Part shown: in pieces, positions 52,452-61,883 of the stretch
Position numbering within the stretch: the first letter of the stretch is position 1
Layout of the letters: every line of letters starts with the position of its first letter
NCBI GenBank assembly: GCA_963820825.1
Contig: CAWGBN010000008.1
Coordinates: 384,001-448,000, forward strand
DNA: 64,000 nt
Direction: 5' to 3'
From: Vulcanimicrobiota bacterium
Lineage (GTDB): Bacteria > Vulcanimicrobiota > Vulcanimicrobiia > Vulcanimicrobiales > Vulcanimicrobiaceae
Made by a program: the position numbers and the translations under genes
Notes under the pieces: generated by a model
Seen by the model: the letters and a program-made list of their open reading frames with translations, nothing else
What the model was told of the DNA's origin: nothing
The model's database searches: none

Positions 52452-53040
52452 GAAATCGTCTCACCACGAGGACGACGACTGCGCCGCCAACCGCCGCGTA
52501 GAAAGCGAGCGCTGCATGCGCGCCCAGCGCCAAATACGTTCCAATCGCGAGGCCGAAAACTACTGCGATCGCGATGCTCGTCAACTGGTCGATTCCCCAG
52601 CGAATCTCGTCCGCCGGCAATTCGGCACGACGAACGACCAACCCAACAAGCAACATCGCACCGGCCAACGTGTAGACGATCGCCAATGAGAAGACGCACA
52701 TGCTCAGAAGGTGAGCTGGATTCTGGCCCAGTTCCGCGACGCGCACGGTGCTTTCAAAGAAAAATAGCGTCAGGATGAGCGTGCAGAGCATTCCAAAGTT
52801 CATCAGGATCATCGGTGCTTTAGGCACGAAGAACGAGCTAAACGTTCGGTGATGAAGCCACCAGAGCACCGCGATAAAGATAAATGCCGATATGAAGAAC
52901 GTGATGCTTTCCCAAAGGCCGAACATATCGGTTGCGTTCTTCGGCAGCACGAGATTTAGACCGAGTTGCGCGAGGCAGAATCCGATAACGATGTCGGAAA
53001 AGGCTTCGAGCCGGTGGGTGGTGTGCTGCGAACCGGTCAT
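52429..53040 (-). CDS. TMEM175-family potassium channel
   Basis: RLEAFSD N-terminal motif; WWLHH; about 6 TM segments. Confidence 0.85.
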   Translation of the reverse strand: MTGSQHTTHRLEAFSDIVIGFCLAQLGLNLVLPKNATDMFGLWESITFFISAFIFIAVLWWLHHRTFSSFFVPKAPMILMNFGMLCTLILTLFFFESTVRVAELGQNPAHLLSMCVFSLAIVYTLAGAMLLVGLVVRRAELPADEIRWGIDQLTSIAIAVVFGLAIGTYLALGAHAALAFYAAVGGAVVVLVVRRFLKPLIHY

Positions 53041-53063
53041 GGAGGGCGGTCGCTGTGCGCCGA

Positions 53064-53765
53064 TTACGGGCGGCGGAGTTTGTAGCCGACGCCGTAGACG
53101 GTGACGACGTACGCCGGATTACGGTTGTCGGCTTCGATCTTTTTTCGCAGGTTGTTGATGTGACGGTCGAGCGTCCGTTCGTAGATCGTTCCGGAGTCCT
53201 GCAGACGATCGAGCATTACTGCACGCGTGAAGACTTCGCCGGGGCTGCTCGCCAGCACCGCGAGGATTCGAAACTCGGTTGCGGTGACGTTCGCCGTCCT
53301 TCCGCCGACGCGTATCTCGTGTGAGGCGAGGTCGATCTCCAGGTCGCCGATGCGCACGAGGTTTGCAGCACCAGGCTCCCCAGGCTTGTGCTCCTCGACA
53401 CGCCGCAGCAGCGCGCGAATGCGCGCCATCAACTCGCGCGGCGAGAACGGTTTGGTCATGTAGTCGTCGGCGCCGAGCTCCAGGCCGACGATGCGATCGG
53501 ACTCTTCGCCGCGTGCGGTGAGCATGATCGCCGGGACGCGCCGGCCGCTCGCCGCCGTTTCGCGCAGGACGTCGAGCCCGCTCCCGTCGGGCAAGCCGAC
53601 GTCGAGGATCATCATCTCGGGTTTCGACTCACGAATCAGCGCGAGTCGCCTCGCCACGGTCGTGCAGAGCGTCGTGATGCGAAACCGTCGCGGTCGCAGA
53701 TAGCTCTCGACGACTTCTGCGACTTTCGGCTCGTCCTCGACGACGAGGACGCGCTTGCCGTCCAT
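53064..53765 (-). CDS. OmpR/BaeR-family DNA-binding response regulator
   Basis: LVVEDE, LDVGLPD, GADDYMTKPFSPREL, ERTLDRHINNLRKK, TVYGVGYK; apparent short compensating frameshift near the N-terminus. Confidence 0.92.
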   Translation of the reverse strand: MDGKRVLVVEDEPKVAEVVESYLRPRRFRITTLCTTVARRLALIRESKPEMMILDVGLPDGSGLDVLRETAASGRRVPAIMLTARGEESDRIVGLELGADDYMTKPFSPRELMARIRALLRRVEEHKPGEPGAANLVRIGDLEIDLASHEIRVGGRTANVTATEFRILAVLASSPGEVFTRAVMLDRLQDSGTIYERTLDRHINNLRKKIEADNRNPAYVVTVYGVGYKLRRP

Positions 53766-53770
53766 CGGTC

Positions 53771-55411
53771 TTACCAGGTTCGCATTCCCGGCGCGAGGTA
53801 TCCGGGATGGCGCAGAGTTCGCCGAGCGGCCCGGCGTACGCAAGGATCGCGAGCACGAGCGCGAGCGACGCCCCAGCGATAGAGGCTGCTGCAGCGGCCG
53901 CGGCGTCGTCACGCTCGCACTCGGCGGCGTTGCGAACACCACGTCGGGATCTGCGTCGGTTCTCGGTTCTTGACCAGCGTGCCGATCGCGACGGCGACGA
54001 ACGTACAGCGATGCTCAGGAAGAGGAAGAAACCGCCGGCCGCTGCGAGCAGCATGTACGGTTGCCAGGCGTTGGCCGCCGCGGCGCCCATGTAGTCGACT
54101 TCCGCGGTGCGCCGCGGCGCGCCGAGCAGGCCGGCGTAGTGCATCGAGAACGACATGATCAGCATGCCGAAGAACCAGAGACGCGTCTGAAAGAGCGCCC
54201 ACTCCGGCTTCCAGAGCGCGCGGCCGGTCAGCCGCGGAATCAGCCAGTAGGCGGCACCGAGGAACGTCAGCGCGACCGGGCCGCCGACGGTTACGTGAAA
54301 GTGACCGACGATCCAGATCGTGTTGTGCACGACCGTATCCATGCTGTACGACGCGTTGACCAGACCGCCGAAGCCGCCCAGGATGAAGAGGATCATGCCC
54401 AGCGCCGCACCGCTGAAGGTCGGGTCGTTCCAGGGCAGCGCCTTGACCGTGCCGATGAATCCGCGGCGTCCCTGTTTGATCGCGAAGAGCTCGAACGACG
54501 CGAAGATCGCAAAGGCGGTGATGAACGACGGAATCGCGACGCCGTACGTCGTGATCGTGTGCAGCATCTTCCAAACCGACGAGATGCCCGGCTCCATGAA
54601 CTCGTGATGGATGCCGACCGGCGTCGAGAGCAGGATCAGCATGATGAAGGTCAGCCGCGTCAGCGCGTCGCTAAAGACGTTTCCGCCGTAGCGCGTCGGA
54701 ATGATGTTATACCAAATGATGTAGGCGCCCATGATCCAGAAGTAGACCAGCGGATGGCCGAAGTACCAGAAGAACATCCGCGTCAGCATGACGTTGATGC
54801 CGGAGGTCCAGCCGAAGGCCCACGGGATCAGAAGGACCATCTCGGCGACGACGCCGAGCGTCGCGACGATCCACATGACGAACGTCGCGGCGGCGCAAAA
54901 GACGACGAGCGGAACCGGCTTGCCGGGATTCGTGCTTCCGGAAATAGTTGACGTTGGCGAAGATCTCGAAGGCGACGACCCAGGTGCCCAGCACCAGCAG
55001 CGTCGCGCCGACGTAGAACCACGGACTCGCTTTGAGCGGCGCGTAGAACGTGTAGAGCACGGTCGCGTCGCCCTTGAGGATCGTGACCGCGGCCATCGCG
55101 GTGCCGAGCAGCATGAGCCACCAGCCGAACCATCCGACGGCGAGGCTGCGCGTCGCGCGGTATCGCGCGGTAGGTTACGAAGAGCGATAGCCCGGTGATG
55201 AAGAACGTCGTGAAGACGAGCGCCATCAGCACGCCGTGCATCGTGAGCATGCGATAGTAGTCGAACCAACGCCGGCGCGCCGAAGGCGCCGGTGCGCGAA
55301 AATCCTTGAAAGACGCCGAAGATCGCGCCCGAGCGCGATCGCCGCCGTCGCGGTATAGATGTGCGCGATGATGACGCGGTTCTCGTTGCGAACTGCGTCT
55401 GACCCGGTCAC
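53771..55411 (-). CDS. cbaA: ba3/b(o/a)3-type (family B) heme-copper oxidase subunit I, several frameshifts
   Basis: YYRMLTMHGV, LYTFYAPL, FWYFGHPLVY, PVGIHH, HNTIWIVGHFH, GAPRR. Confidence 0.9.
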
Positions 55412-55881
55412 TTATTTCACCTCGATCTTGGCAAACATGTTCTGATGGCCGAGTCCCGCAGTATTCGTGGCAGAGCAGTAGGTAGTCACCGGCGTGCGTG
55501 AACGTGTGCGTCTCCTCGTTCACCCAGCCGGGAACGACCATCATGTTGATGTCGGTTCGGGAATGAAGAAGCCGTGGACGACGTCCGCGCTCGTGACGTA
55601 GAACGTCACCCTGCTTCCGACCGGAACGTGCAGATCGGCCGGGTCGAATTCGAAGACGCGCGCGACGTAGTAGGCCTCGTACGATCCGTCCGCGCGCCGG
55701 TGCAGCCCGGGCTTGTCGAACGGCGGCGTCTGAGCGACCTTCGTGGGATCGATCTGCTGCATATCCGATGGGCGGATTGATGTTGTCGGCAAAGGCCGCA
55801 AAGGCGATCAACCCTAGGAAAAATGACGAGCATCCCCACGCCGAAGGTCAGCCACCAGCGTTCGTATCGGTGAATCTGCAT
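55412..55881 (-). CDS. cbaB: ba3-type oxidase subunit II (CuA), frameshifts
   Basis: IHRYERWW, TSADVVHGF, CHEYCG..HQNM across frames. Confidence 0.88.
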
Positions 55882-55882
55882 C

Positions 55883-55997
55883 TTACCAGCGCACCCGCAG
55901 CAAGCACGTACATCGCGAACCAGAGAACCAGGAACGTCGCGCCCATTACAAAGACGAAGCGCAGCGTTCCGATGAGGGGAGCTTCTTCGTCTTTCAT
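55883..55997 (-). CDS. cbaD: ba3-type oxidase small subunit IIa (probable frameshift)
   Basis: Single TM helix LIGTLRFVFVMGATFLVLWFAMY directly upstream of subunit II. Confidence 0.65.
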
Positions 55998-56464
55998 GAG
56001 CTCGTCGCACTCGATTTCGACTGCTCGTCGCGCAGGTAGGCCGTTTCGAGCTCGGAAGCGATCCGCTCCAGCAACGCCTGCGCGGTTACGGTTGCGATGC
56101 GACGGCCGATCGTGGCGTCGAAGGCCGCGCCCAGCACGCCGCCCGGGGGACGGTACGATCCCCGGAGCTCGAGCTGCGACGTCTCGTAGTTTTCGTCGGC
56201 GCGCACGGTCAGCTCGCCGTCGAACTCCGGATAGGGTCCCGCTTTCGGCTTCCAGTGCAGCCGCCACGGTTGGTCGAAATGCATCGGATCGTTCGCGGCG
56301 TCGTAGGTAACGACCACCTCGCGCACCAGATCCGCGCCCGGGAGCGCGGCGGTGAGGGTCAGCGTCCCGGGCGCACCGGTGCGAGCGGCGACAGCGCGCG
56401 CGAGATGACGCTGCGCGAGATGGTAGGGGCAGCGGACAATGCGCCGTTCCAGAAGCTCTGACAT
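55994..56464 (-). CDS. Hypothetical protein (START/SRPBCC-like?), first gene of the cba operon
   Basis: W...YPEFDGELTV...LELRGSYRPPGGVLGAAFDATIGRRIA; paralog of 59461-59910. Confidence 0.75.
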   Translation of the reverse strand: MSELLERRIVRCPYHLAQRHLARAVAARTGAPGTLTLTAALPGADLVREVVVTYDAANDPMHFDQPWRLHWKPKAGPYPEFDGELTVRADENYETSQLELRGSYRPPGGVLGAAFDATIGRRIATVTAQALLERIASELETAYLRDEQSKSSATSS

Positions 56465-56470
56465 GGCCTC

Positions 56471-56502
56471 ATCCTAGCCATCACCTGCGAAGAACTATCG
56501 AA
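56471..56502 (-). promoter_or_regulatory. Direct-repeat promoter of the cba operon
   Basis: TTCGA-N6-TTCGC-N10-TAGGAT-N6-ATG. Confidence 0.7.
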
Positions 56503-56547
56503 TGGCGCCTTCCCAACTAATTCACAATTCGCAGGGCCAACCGCGAG

Positions 56548-57246
56548 CTAGGGTCTCTTCATTTTATAGCCGACGCCGTAGACGGTCACGATGTACTCGG
56601 GATTGCGCGGGTCCTTCTCGACCTTCTTGCGCAGGTTGTTGATGTGCCGGTCGAGCGTCCGCTCGTAGATCTCACCGTCGTCGCCGAGGCGGTCGAGCAG
56701 ATGCGAGCGGGTGAAGACCTCCCCCGGATTCTCCGCCAAGAGGGTAACGATCTTGAACTCGGTCGCCGTTAGATTCGCCGGCGCTCCGGCGACGCTGACC
56801 TCGTGAAAGTTGTGGTCGATCTCGAGCTCGCCGATGCGCGTTCGCCGGTTATTCTTGTGGCCGGTGGTCTGCTCTTCGGCCGTTCGGCGCAGGAGCGCGC
56901 GCACGCGCGCCACCACCTCGCGCGGCGAGAACGGCTTGGAGACGTAATCGTCGGCGCCGAGTTCCAAGCCGACGACCCGATCGGCTTCGTCGGAACGCGC
57001 GGTGAGCATGATCGTCGGAACGCGCGCGTTGGGCACCGAGACCGACCGAAGCACGTCGAGCCCGCTGCCGTCGGGCAGCGTGATGTCGAGCACGAGGACG
57101 TCGGGCGTGGAGCGCGCGATCGCCGCCGTCGCTTCGGCGACGTTCCCGCAGACGTCCACGATCATCCCCTCGCGCTCGAGATAGGCCTTGAGTACCTCGG
57201 CAATCTGCGGCTCGTCGTCGACCAGCAGAACCCGGCGTCGCTCCAT
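56548..57246 (-). CDS. OmpR/BaeR-family DNA-binding response regulator (paralog of 53064-53765)
   Basis: LLVDDE, LDITLPD, GADDYVSKPFSPRE, ERTLDRHINNLRKK. Confidence 0.93.
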   Translation of the reverse strand: MERRRVLLVDDEPQIAEVLKAYLEREGMIVDVCGNVAEATAAIARSTPDVLVLDITLPDGSGLDVLRSVSVPNARVPTIMLTARSDEADRVVGLELGADDYVSKPFSPREVVARVRALLRRTAEEQTTGHKNNRRTRIGELEIDHNFHEVSVAGAPANLTATEFKIVTLLAENPGEVFTRSHLLDRLGDDGEIYERTLDRHINNLRKKVEKDPRNPEYIVTVYGVGYKMKRP

Positions 57247-57422
57247 CAGAGCCCGTCCTGCCCCTGCAAGAGGTCGCGGGCTCCGCGCAGCGCGTCGGCG
57301 ACAGCCTCGAGCCGCGCCGGCGTCGGTGCGACCAGACCGTCGGCCATTCCCTCCACGTTGGCCAGAGCGACGGCTAACAGATTGCCGAGCTCGTGGCGAA
57401 CCGTCTCGCGACCCTCCTTCAT
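57246..57422 (-). CDS. 58-aa stand-alone histidine-kinase DHp (HisKA) domain protein
   Basis: MKEGRETVRHELGNLLAVALANVEGMADGLVAPTPARLEAVADALRGARDLLQGQDGL*; H-box RHEL; TGATG overlap with the regulator; absent from the ORF track. Confidence 0.75.
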   Translation of the reverse strand: MKEGRETVRHELGNLLAVALANVEGMADGLVAPTPARLEAVADALRGARDLLQGQDGL

Positions 57423-57505
57423 TCTTTATTGGTAATCCGAGATTGGGCGGCTCGGGCCCTATCGAAACGGAGCCGCCAGCGGCAGAGCGAAGACCCGAGA
57501 AGTTC

Positions 57506-58651
57506 ATGGATGAGTCACTCTTTTCGCTCCGGGATATTGCGGGGAGCAGGTTCCCGCTGCTCGAGCACGCTCCGGACGCGACGATCATCGTCGACGGCGA
57601 GGGGATCATCCAGCTGGTCAACGCGCAGACCGAGCGGCTCTTCGGCTACTATCGCGAGGAGCTCATCGGCCAGGCCATCGAGATGCTCATCCCCAAGCGG
57701 TTCCACTCCCGGCACGTCGTGGAGCGAAAGGAGTACGCGTCCGAGCCGCGCGTCCGGCCGATGGGCGTCGGCCTCGAGCTCTTCGGCCTGCGCAAGGACG
57801 GCAGCGAGTTCCCGGTCGAGATCAGCTTGAGTCCGATCGCCACGCGCGAGGGGACCTTTATCGCCGGCGCGATTCGCGACGTGACCGAGCGCAAGGCGTT
57901 CGAAGCGCGCCTGCAGAGCCTCAATGCAGAGCTCGAGAAGGCGAGTCGCGCAAAAGACCAGTTCCTCGCCTCGATGAGCCACGAGCTGCGTACGCCGCTC
58001 AACGCCATTCTCGGCTTCACCGGAACCCTGCTCATGAAACTTCCGGGACCCCTCAACGAAGAGCAGGAGCGTCAGCTTCAAATCGTTCAATGGAGCGCCC
58101 GCCATCTGCTCTCGCTGATCAACGATATTCTCGATTTGGCCAAGGTGCAATCGGGAAAGCGCGAGCTTACCTACGAGCGAGTTCCGGTCAAAGAGGTGGT
58201 GGGAGACGTTGCCGCCTCGCTGGCATCGCTGGCCGAAGAGAAGGGTCTTGCATTCTCCCATGCCGTTGCGCCCAGCGCGGAGTTCGTTACGACCGACCGC
58301 CGCAGTCTGCGTCAGATCCTGCTGAACCTTACGCAGAATGCGATCAAGTTTACGGAACGCGGCGTCGTGCGAATCGACGTCAGCGCCGTCACGCGCAATG
58401 GGAGCGCGCGGCTCGCCATGAGCGTGATCGACACCGGCATCGGTATCAAGGGTGAGGACCTCGCACGCCTCTTCGAAGCCTTCGAACAGCTCGCCACGTC
58501 GAACGAGCGGCGTTTCGAAGGTACGGGGCTCGGACTTCATCTCTCGCGCACCCTCGCCGAACTTCTCGAGGGCGAGTTAACCGTTGCGAGCGAGCACGGG
58601 AAGGGGAGCACGTTTACGCTGACCTTGCCCCTGGCCGGCGCCGAGGGATAA
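57506..58651 (+). CDS. Cytoplasmic PAS-domain sensor histidine kinase
   Basis: FixL-like PAS (APDATIIVD...RKDGSEFPVEISLS); SHELRTPLN; N, G1, F and G2 boxes. Confidence 0.93.
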   Translation: MDESLFSLRDIAGSRFPLLEHAPDATIIVDGEGIIQLVNAQTERLFGYYREELIGQAIEMLIPKRFHSRHVVERKEYASEPRVRPMGVGLELFGLRKDGSEFPVEISLSPIATREGTFIAGAIRDVTERKAFEARLQSLNAELEKASRAKDQFLASMSHELRTPLNAILGFTGTLLMKLPGPLNEEQERQLQIVQWSARHLLSLINDILDLAKVQSGKRELTYERVPVKEVVGDVAASLASLAEEKGLAFSHAVAPSAEFVTTDRRSLRQILLNLTQNAIKFTERGVVRIDVSAVTRNGSARLAMSVIDTGIGIKGEDLARLFEAFEQLATSNERRFEGTGLGLHLSRTLAELLEGELTVASEHGKGSTFTLTLPLAGAEG

Positions 58652-59023
58652 GTGGTGCGAATCCTCGTTATCGACGACAATCCTGCGAATCTCGACCTGA
58701 TGCTCTACCTGCTGCGTGCTTTCGGCCACGAGGTCGAAGCGGCCGCCGACGGTCTCGCCGGATACGAAGCGCTCCAGCGCGATGGCTACGACCTCGTGTT
58801 GACCGATATTCTCATGCCGGGGATCGACGGTTATGAATTCGTGCGCCGCGTGAAGAGCGACGCTCGCTTCGCGTCGACGCCGGTCGTCGCGGTAACGGCG
58901 TTGGCGATGGACGCCGATCGCGCGCGAGTCGGTGCAGCCGGCTTCGACGGCTATATCACCAAGCCGATCGACCCCCAGCACTTCGTCGGCGAAATCGAGT
59001 CCTTTTTGGCGGGCCGCTTCTAG
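58652..59023 (+). CDS. Single-domain response regulator (DivK-like)
   Basis: LVIDD, TDILMP, VTALAM, GFDGYITKP. Confidence 0.92.
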   Translation: MVRILVIDDNPANLDLMLYLLRAFGHEVEAAADGLAGYEALQRDGYDLVLTDILMPGIDGYEFVRRVKSDARFASTPVVAVTALAMDADRARVGAAGFDGYITKPIDPQHFVGEIESFLAGRF

Positions 59024-59029
59024 CGACCG

Positions 59030-59398
59030 ATGGCGACCGTGCTCGTTGCCGACGACGATCGCCACACGCGCTTTCTCGTCAAGACCGTCCTCACGCACGT
59101 CGGGCACACCGTGATCGAGGCCGCCGACGGCGCCGACGCACTCACGCGTGCCCGCACCGAGACGCCCGACCTGATCCTGCTCGATCTTTCGATGCCGGGG
59201 ATGAGCGGCCCCGAATTTATCCGCGCGCTCCGCGCCGATCCGCGCACGCAGCCGACCAAAGTCGCCCTCTACACCGCGACGCCGTTGAACGCCGCGCTTC
59301 GCGATTTCATGGAGATCTACGGAATCGAACACGTCGTGCCCAAACCGGCCGAGCCCGCGCAACTGATCGAGGCAATAGAACGCGCCCTCTCCGGGTAA
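59030..59398 (+). CDS. Single-domain response regulator
   Basis: LVADDD, LDLSMP, KP. Confidence 0.9.
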   Translation: MATVLVADDDRHTRFLVKTVLTHVGHTVIEAADGADALTRARTETPDLILLDLSMPGMSGPEFIRALRADPRTQPTKVALYTATPLNAALRDFMEIYGIEHVVPKPAEPAQLIEAIERALSG

Positions 59399-59422
59399 AC
59401 AAAGAAGTGATGGGAACGCACG

Positions 59423-59454
59423 TTCGCCGGTTCTTCTCATTAAATTGGTAGATT
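59423..59454 (+). promoter_or_regulatory. Direct-repeat promoter
   Basis: TTCGC-N6-TTCTC-N10-TAGATT-N6-ATG. Confidence 0.75.
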
Positions 59455-59460
59455 GATCGC

Positions 59461-59910
59461 ATGCCGCGGTTAAGTGATAGGACCGCGATCGATTGTTCCG
59501 TGGAGCAAGCGTCGAAGGGGATCGATTGCTTTTTAGATTCGCTCAAAGGGAGAGACGGAGTCGCGCGTCTTCGCCTGCGCGTTCCCGCCGACGGACCGAT
59601 GCTCGGTATCGCGATCGACCGAGAGGTTCGGATCGAGGTGCGTCCGCCATCTGAGGTCGGCGGGGCTATGGCGATGGGTTGGAAGCCCGAGGGAACGGTC
59701 GCTCTTCCAACGTTCGAGGGGACGCTCGTTGCACAGAGCGACGGAGATCCGAATGTAACGTACCTCGACCTCGACGGCTCCTACACGCCGCCTTTCGGCG
59801 CGGCGGGACAACTCTTCGACGCGGCCATCGGCAAACGCATCGCGCAAGCGACGGCGCGCGAGTTTCTCAAAGACCTCAAGGCCGCAATCGAAAAATCCCT
59901 GTCATCCTGA
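59461..59910 (+). CDS. Hypothetical protein, paralog of 55994-56464
   Basis: W...LPTFEGTL...LDLDGSYTPPFGAAGQLFDAAIGKRIA. Confidence 0.75.
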   Translation: MPRLSDRTAIDCSVEQASKGIDCFLDSLKGRDGVARLRLRVPADGPMLGIAIDREVRIEVRPPSEVGGAMAMGWKPEGTVALPTFEGTLVAQSDGDPNVTYLDLDGSYTPPFGAAGQLFDAAIGKRIAQATAREFLKDLKAAIEKSLSS

Positions 59911-59962
59911 CACTTCGGCTCGGCGCGAAGCGAAACTCGCTCAGGACCGCGCTTCGCGCGGG
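59900..59962. repeat. REP-like palindromic element between convergent genes
   Basis: GTCATCCTGA...CTCAGGA and CGCGAAGCG/CGCTTCGCG stems; related half CGCTCAGGGTGAC at about 30485-30497. Confidence 0.45.
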
Positions 59963-59975
59963 CGTTAATGAAGGT

Positions 59976-61064
59976 TTACGGGGCCAGGAACAGGTGCTGG
60001 AACTTGTGGCTGCAGTTGCTCGGTCCGCCAAGGCAGCGTAACGAGAGCTTCGGCTTCGCGCTTGATTTCATCGGCAGATCCCACACGTTGAGATCGCCGG
60101 TACCGGCGTCGAGCGTGTAGTAGCTGTAGCGGTACGTGTCGGCGGCGAGCGCGCCGATCAGCGCGTTGATGTGCGCGTCGGGAAATCGTCCCTCTGACGG
60201 AGGAAGGAACGGTTGCGGAAACTGGGCCGTCACGGTAACGGGCGGCGACGGCGGCGAGCCGGGCTTCGGCGATTGCAGTTGGCCGAAGTATTGACCCAGC
60301 AGGAGTCCCGGTGCATTTTGCGCGGTCGGGGGCCATTCGCTCGAATCGACGAAATCGGCCTGCGCCAGATCGAGGCCGAGCGAACCCGGTGGCCGCGCGT
60401 AGGGAAAACTGATCTTGAAGAGTCGCGAGCGCGGCGGGACCGCCGTGTTGCTCGCGTAGACGTAGAGCGCCGCATTGATATCGAAGCGTCCCTGCACTAG
60501 CGTCGTAAAGCCAGCGGTCTTTGAACCCGGCGCGCCAAAAATGATCGTCACCGCGGCGACGCTCGTCTTCTTGATCGGCGTGCGAAGCTCGGTAATCACC
60601 GGGCCGAGATCATTAAGCAACCACAGATTCTGATTCGGGTCGACTTCGAGATCGACGAGCTCGGCGCCGGATTGGCCCATGTTCGTGATCGCCGGGTTGA
60701 GCTGAAGTTGCAAGCGCGCGTGCGACCGCTCGAACGATACGATCGGCGGCTTGAAAAAACGAAGCTCGGTAGGACTCGCGATGACAACGTTTCCGTATTG
60801 ATCGACCGTGATCTGCGGCGCAACCCCAAGCCCCGGCCACTCGGTAAGCGTCCTCTCCGGCTTCGAATCTTGCTGGAGGGGCAGCCGGTACTGGTAGAGC
60901 GTCCCGTTATGGTCGACGTAGAGAAGTCGCGCCGCCGGCGTGGCGGTCGGTAACGGCGGCTGTGAGATCCCGATCGGCGCCGGACCGCTCGCGCCACAAC
61001 CTGAGACGATCGCTGCGATTGCGGCCATGGCGGCGAGGGTGACAAAAATCGTCGAGAGCTTCAT
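59976..61064 (-). CDS. Hypothetical lipoprotein
   Basis: Lipobox VSGC; LLYVD; beta-rich. Confidence 0.75.
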   Translation of the reverse strand: MKLSTIFVTLAAMAAIAAIVSGCGASGPAPIGISQPPLPTATPAARLLYVDHNGTLYQYRLPLQQDSKPERTLTEWPGLGVAPQITVDQYGNVVIASPTELRFFKPPIVSFERSHARLQLQLNPAITNMGQSGAELVDLEVDPNQNLWLLNDLGPVITELRTPIKKTSVAAVTIIFGAPGSKTAGFTTLVQGRFDINAALYVYASNTAVPPRSRLFKISFPYARPPGSLGLDLAQADFVDSSEWPPTAQNAPGLLLGQYFGQLQSPKPGSPPSPPVTVTAQFPQPFLPPSEGRFPDAHINALIGALAADTYRYSYYTLDAGTGDLNVWDLPMKSSAKPKLSLRCLGGPSNCSHKFQHLFLAP

Positions 61065-61804
61065 TCGTCGAGGCTTCCGAAGACCGGCCCGATGGACGTA
61101 CCGGACTTGGGATCAAAGAGGAAGAGCGAGAGACGGCTTGCGTTGTGAAATGGCAATGCGTTCTGCGAATCGAACGAATTGATTTGCGCGGGCACAGCAG
61201 TGCCGATCGGTCTCGGTGTACCGACGTAGCCGCCGAAATCGGAAACGCTTTTCCCCACCGTCACCGTGGCGAGGTTGCCGAATTTGGCGCTGCCGAGCTG
61301 CTTGAAGTTCGAGTCCGTAGAAACTTGGAAGCTGCCGAAGCTGGCTTGACGCATCGAGGGCGCGGCCGCGTAAAGAGAGAGCTGCGCGCTCCCGGTGCTC
61401 GCCGGTTCTTCGAACGCAAGCACCTTATAGTGCGGGTACGATCCTACCACGATCAACGTGTAGCGCTTCCCCGCGCTCAGCGCGGCCGTCTTCAGCGGAC
61501 CGACCGAATAACCCAACGGGTTGCGGGCCGTCAATGAGAGCGCGCCCGCCGTCACGTTAGTGAACGACGAGAACGTCCCGTATACGAACGGCGAAACGGC
61601 CGTCTGCGAGTTGGCTTGCAGGTACGCGTTGGTGCCGATGTCTTGCGGGTAGCCGTTAATCAGCGCTTCGAGCGAGGGCGCACCGTCGGCGTAGCGTACG
61701 CGCGCCGTGCCGGCTCGCGCGGGCATCGCGCTCGAGGACGAGCCCGAGCCGCCGCAGCCGGCGAGCGTGAGCGCTAGCGCGCAAATTGCGTGTAGAGTCT
61801 TCAA
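61061..61804 (-). CDS. DUF4397-like lipoprotein
   Basis: Lipobox LAGC; ARVRYADGAP; LSAGKRYTLIVVG. Confidence 0.7.
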   Translation of the reverse strand: MKTLHAICALALTLAGCGGSGSSSSAMPARAGTARVRYADGAPSLEALINGYPQDIGTNAYLQANSQTAVSPFVYGTFSSFTNVTAGALSLTARNPLGYSVGPLKTAALSAGKRYTLIVVGSYPHYKVLAFEEPASTGSAQLSLYAAAPSMRQASFGSFQVSTDSNFKQLGSAKFGNLATVTVGKSVSDFGGYVGTPRPIGTAVPAQINSFDSQNALPFHNASRLSLFLFDPKSGTSIGPVFGSLDE

Positions 61805-61824
61805 CCTTTTGGCATTTCGGTGGT

Positions 61825-61860
61825 GTTTACGCGCGCCGCACCGCTGCGGCGCGCGTAAAC
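61825..61860. terminator. 16-bp perfect hairpin after pstS (terminator or mRNA stabiliser)
   Basis: GTTTACGCGCGCCGCA-ccgc-TGCGGCGCGCGTAAAC. Confidence 0.6.
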
Positions 61861-61883
61861 GTTGCTTGCTGACTGTCCCGTAT

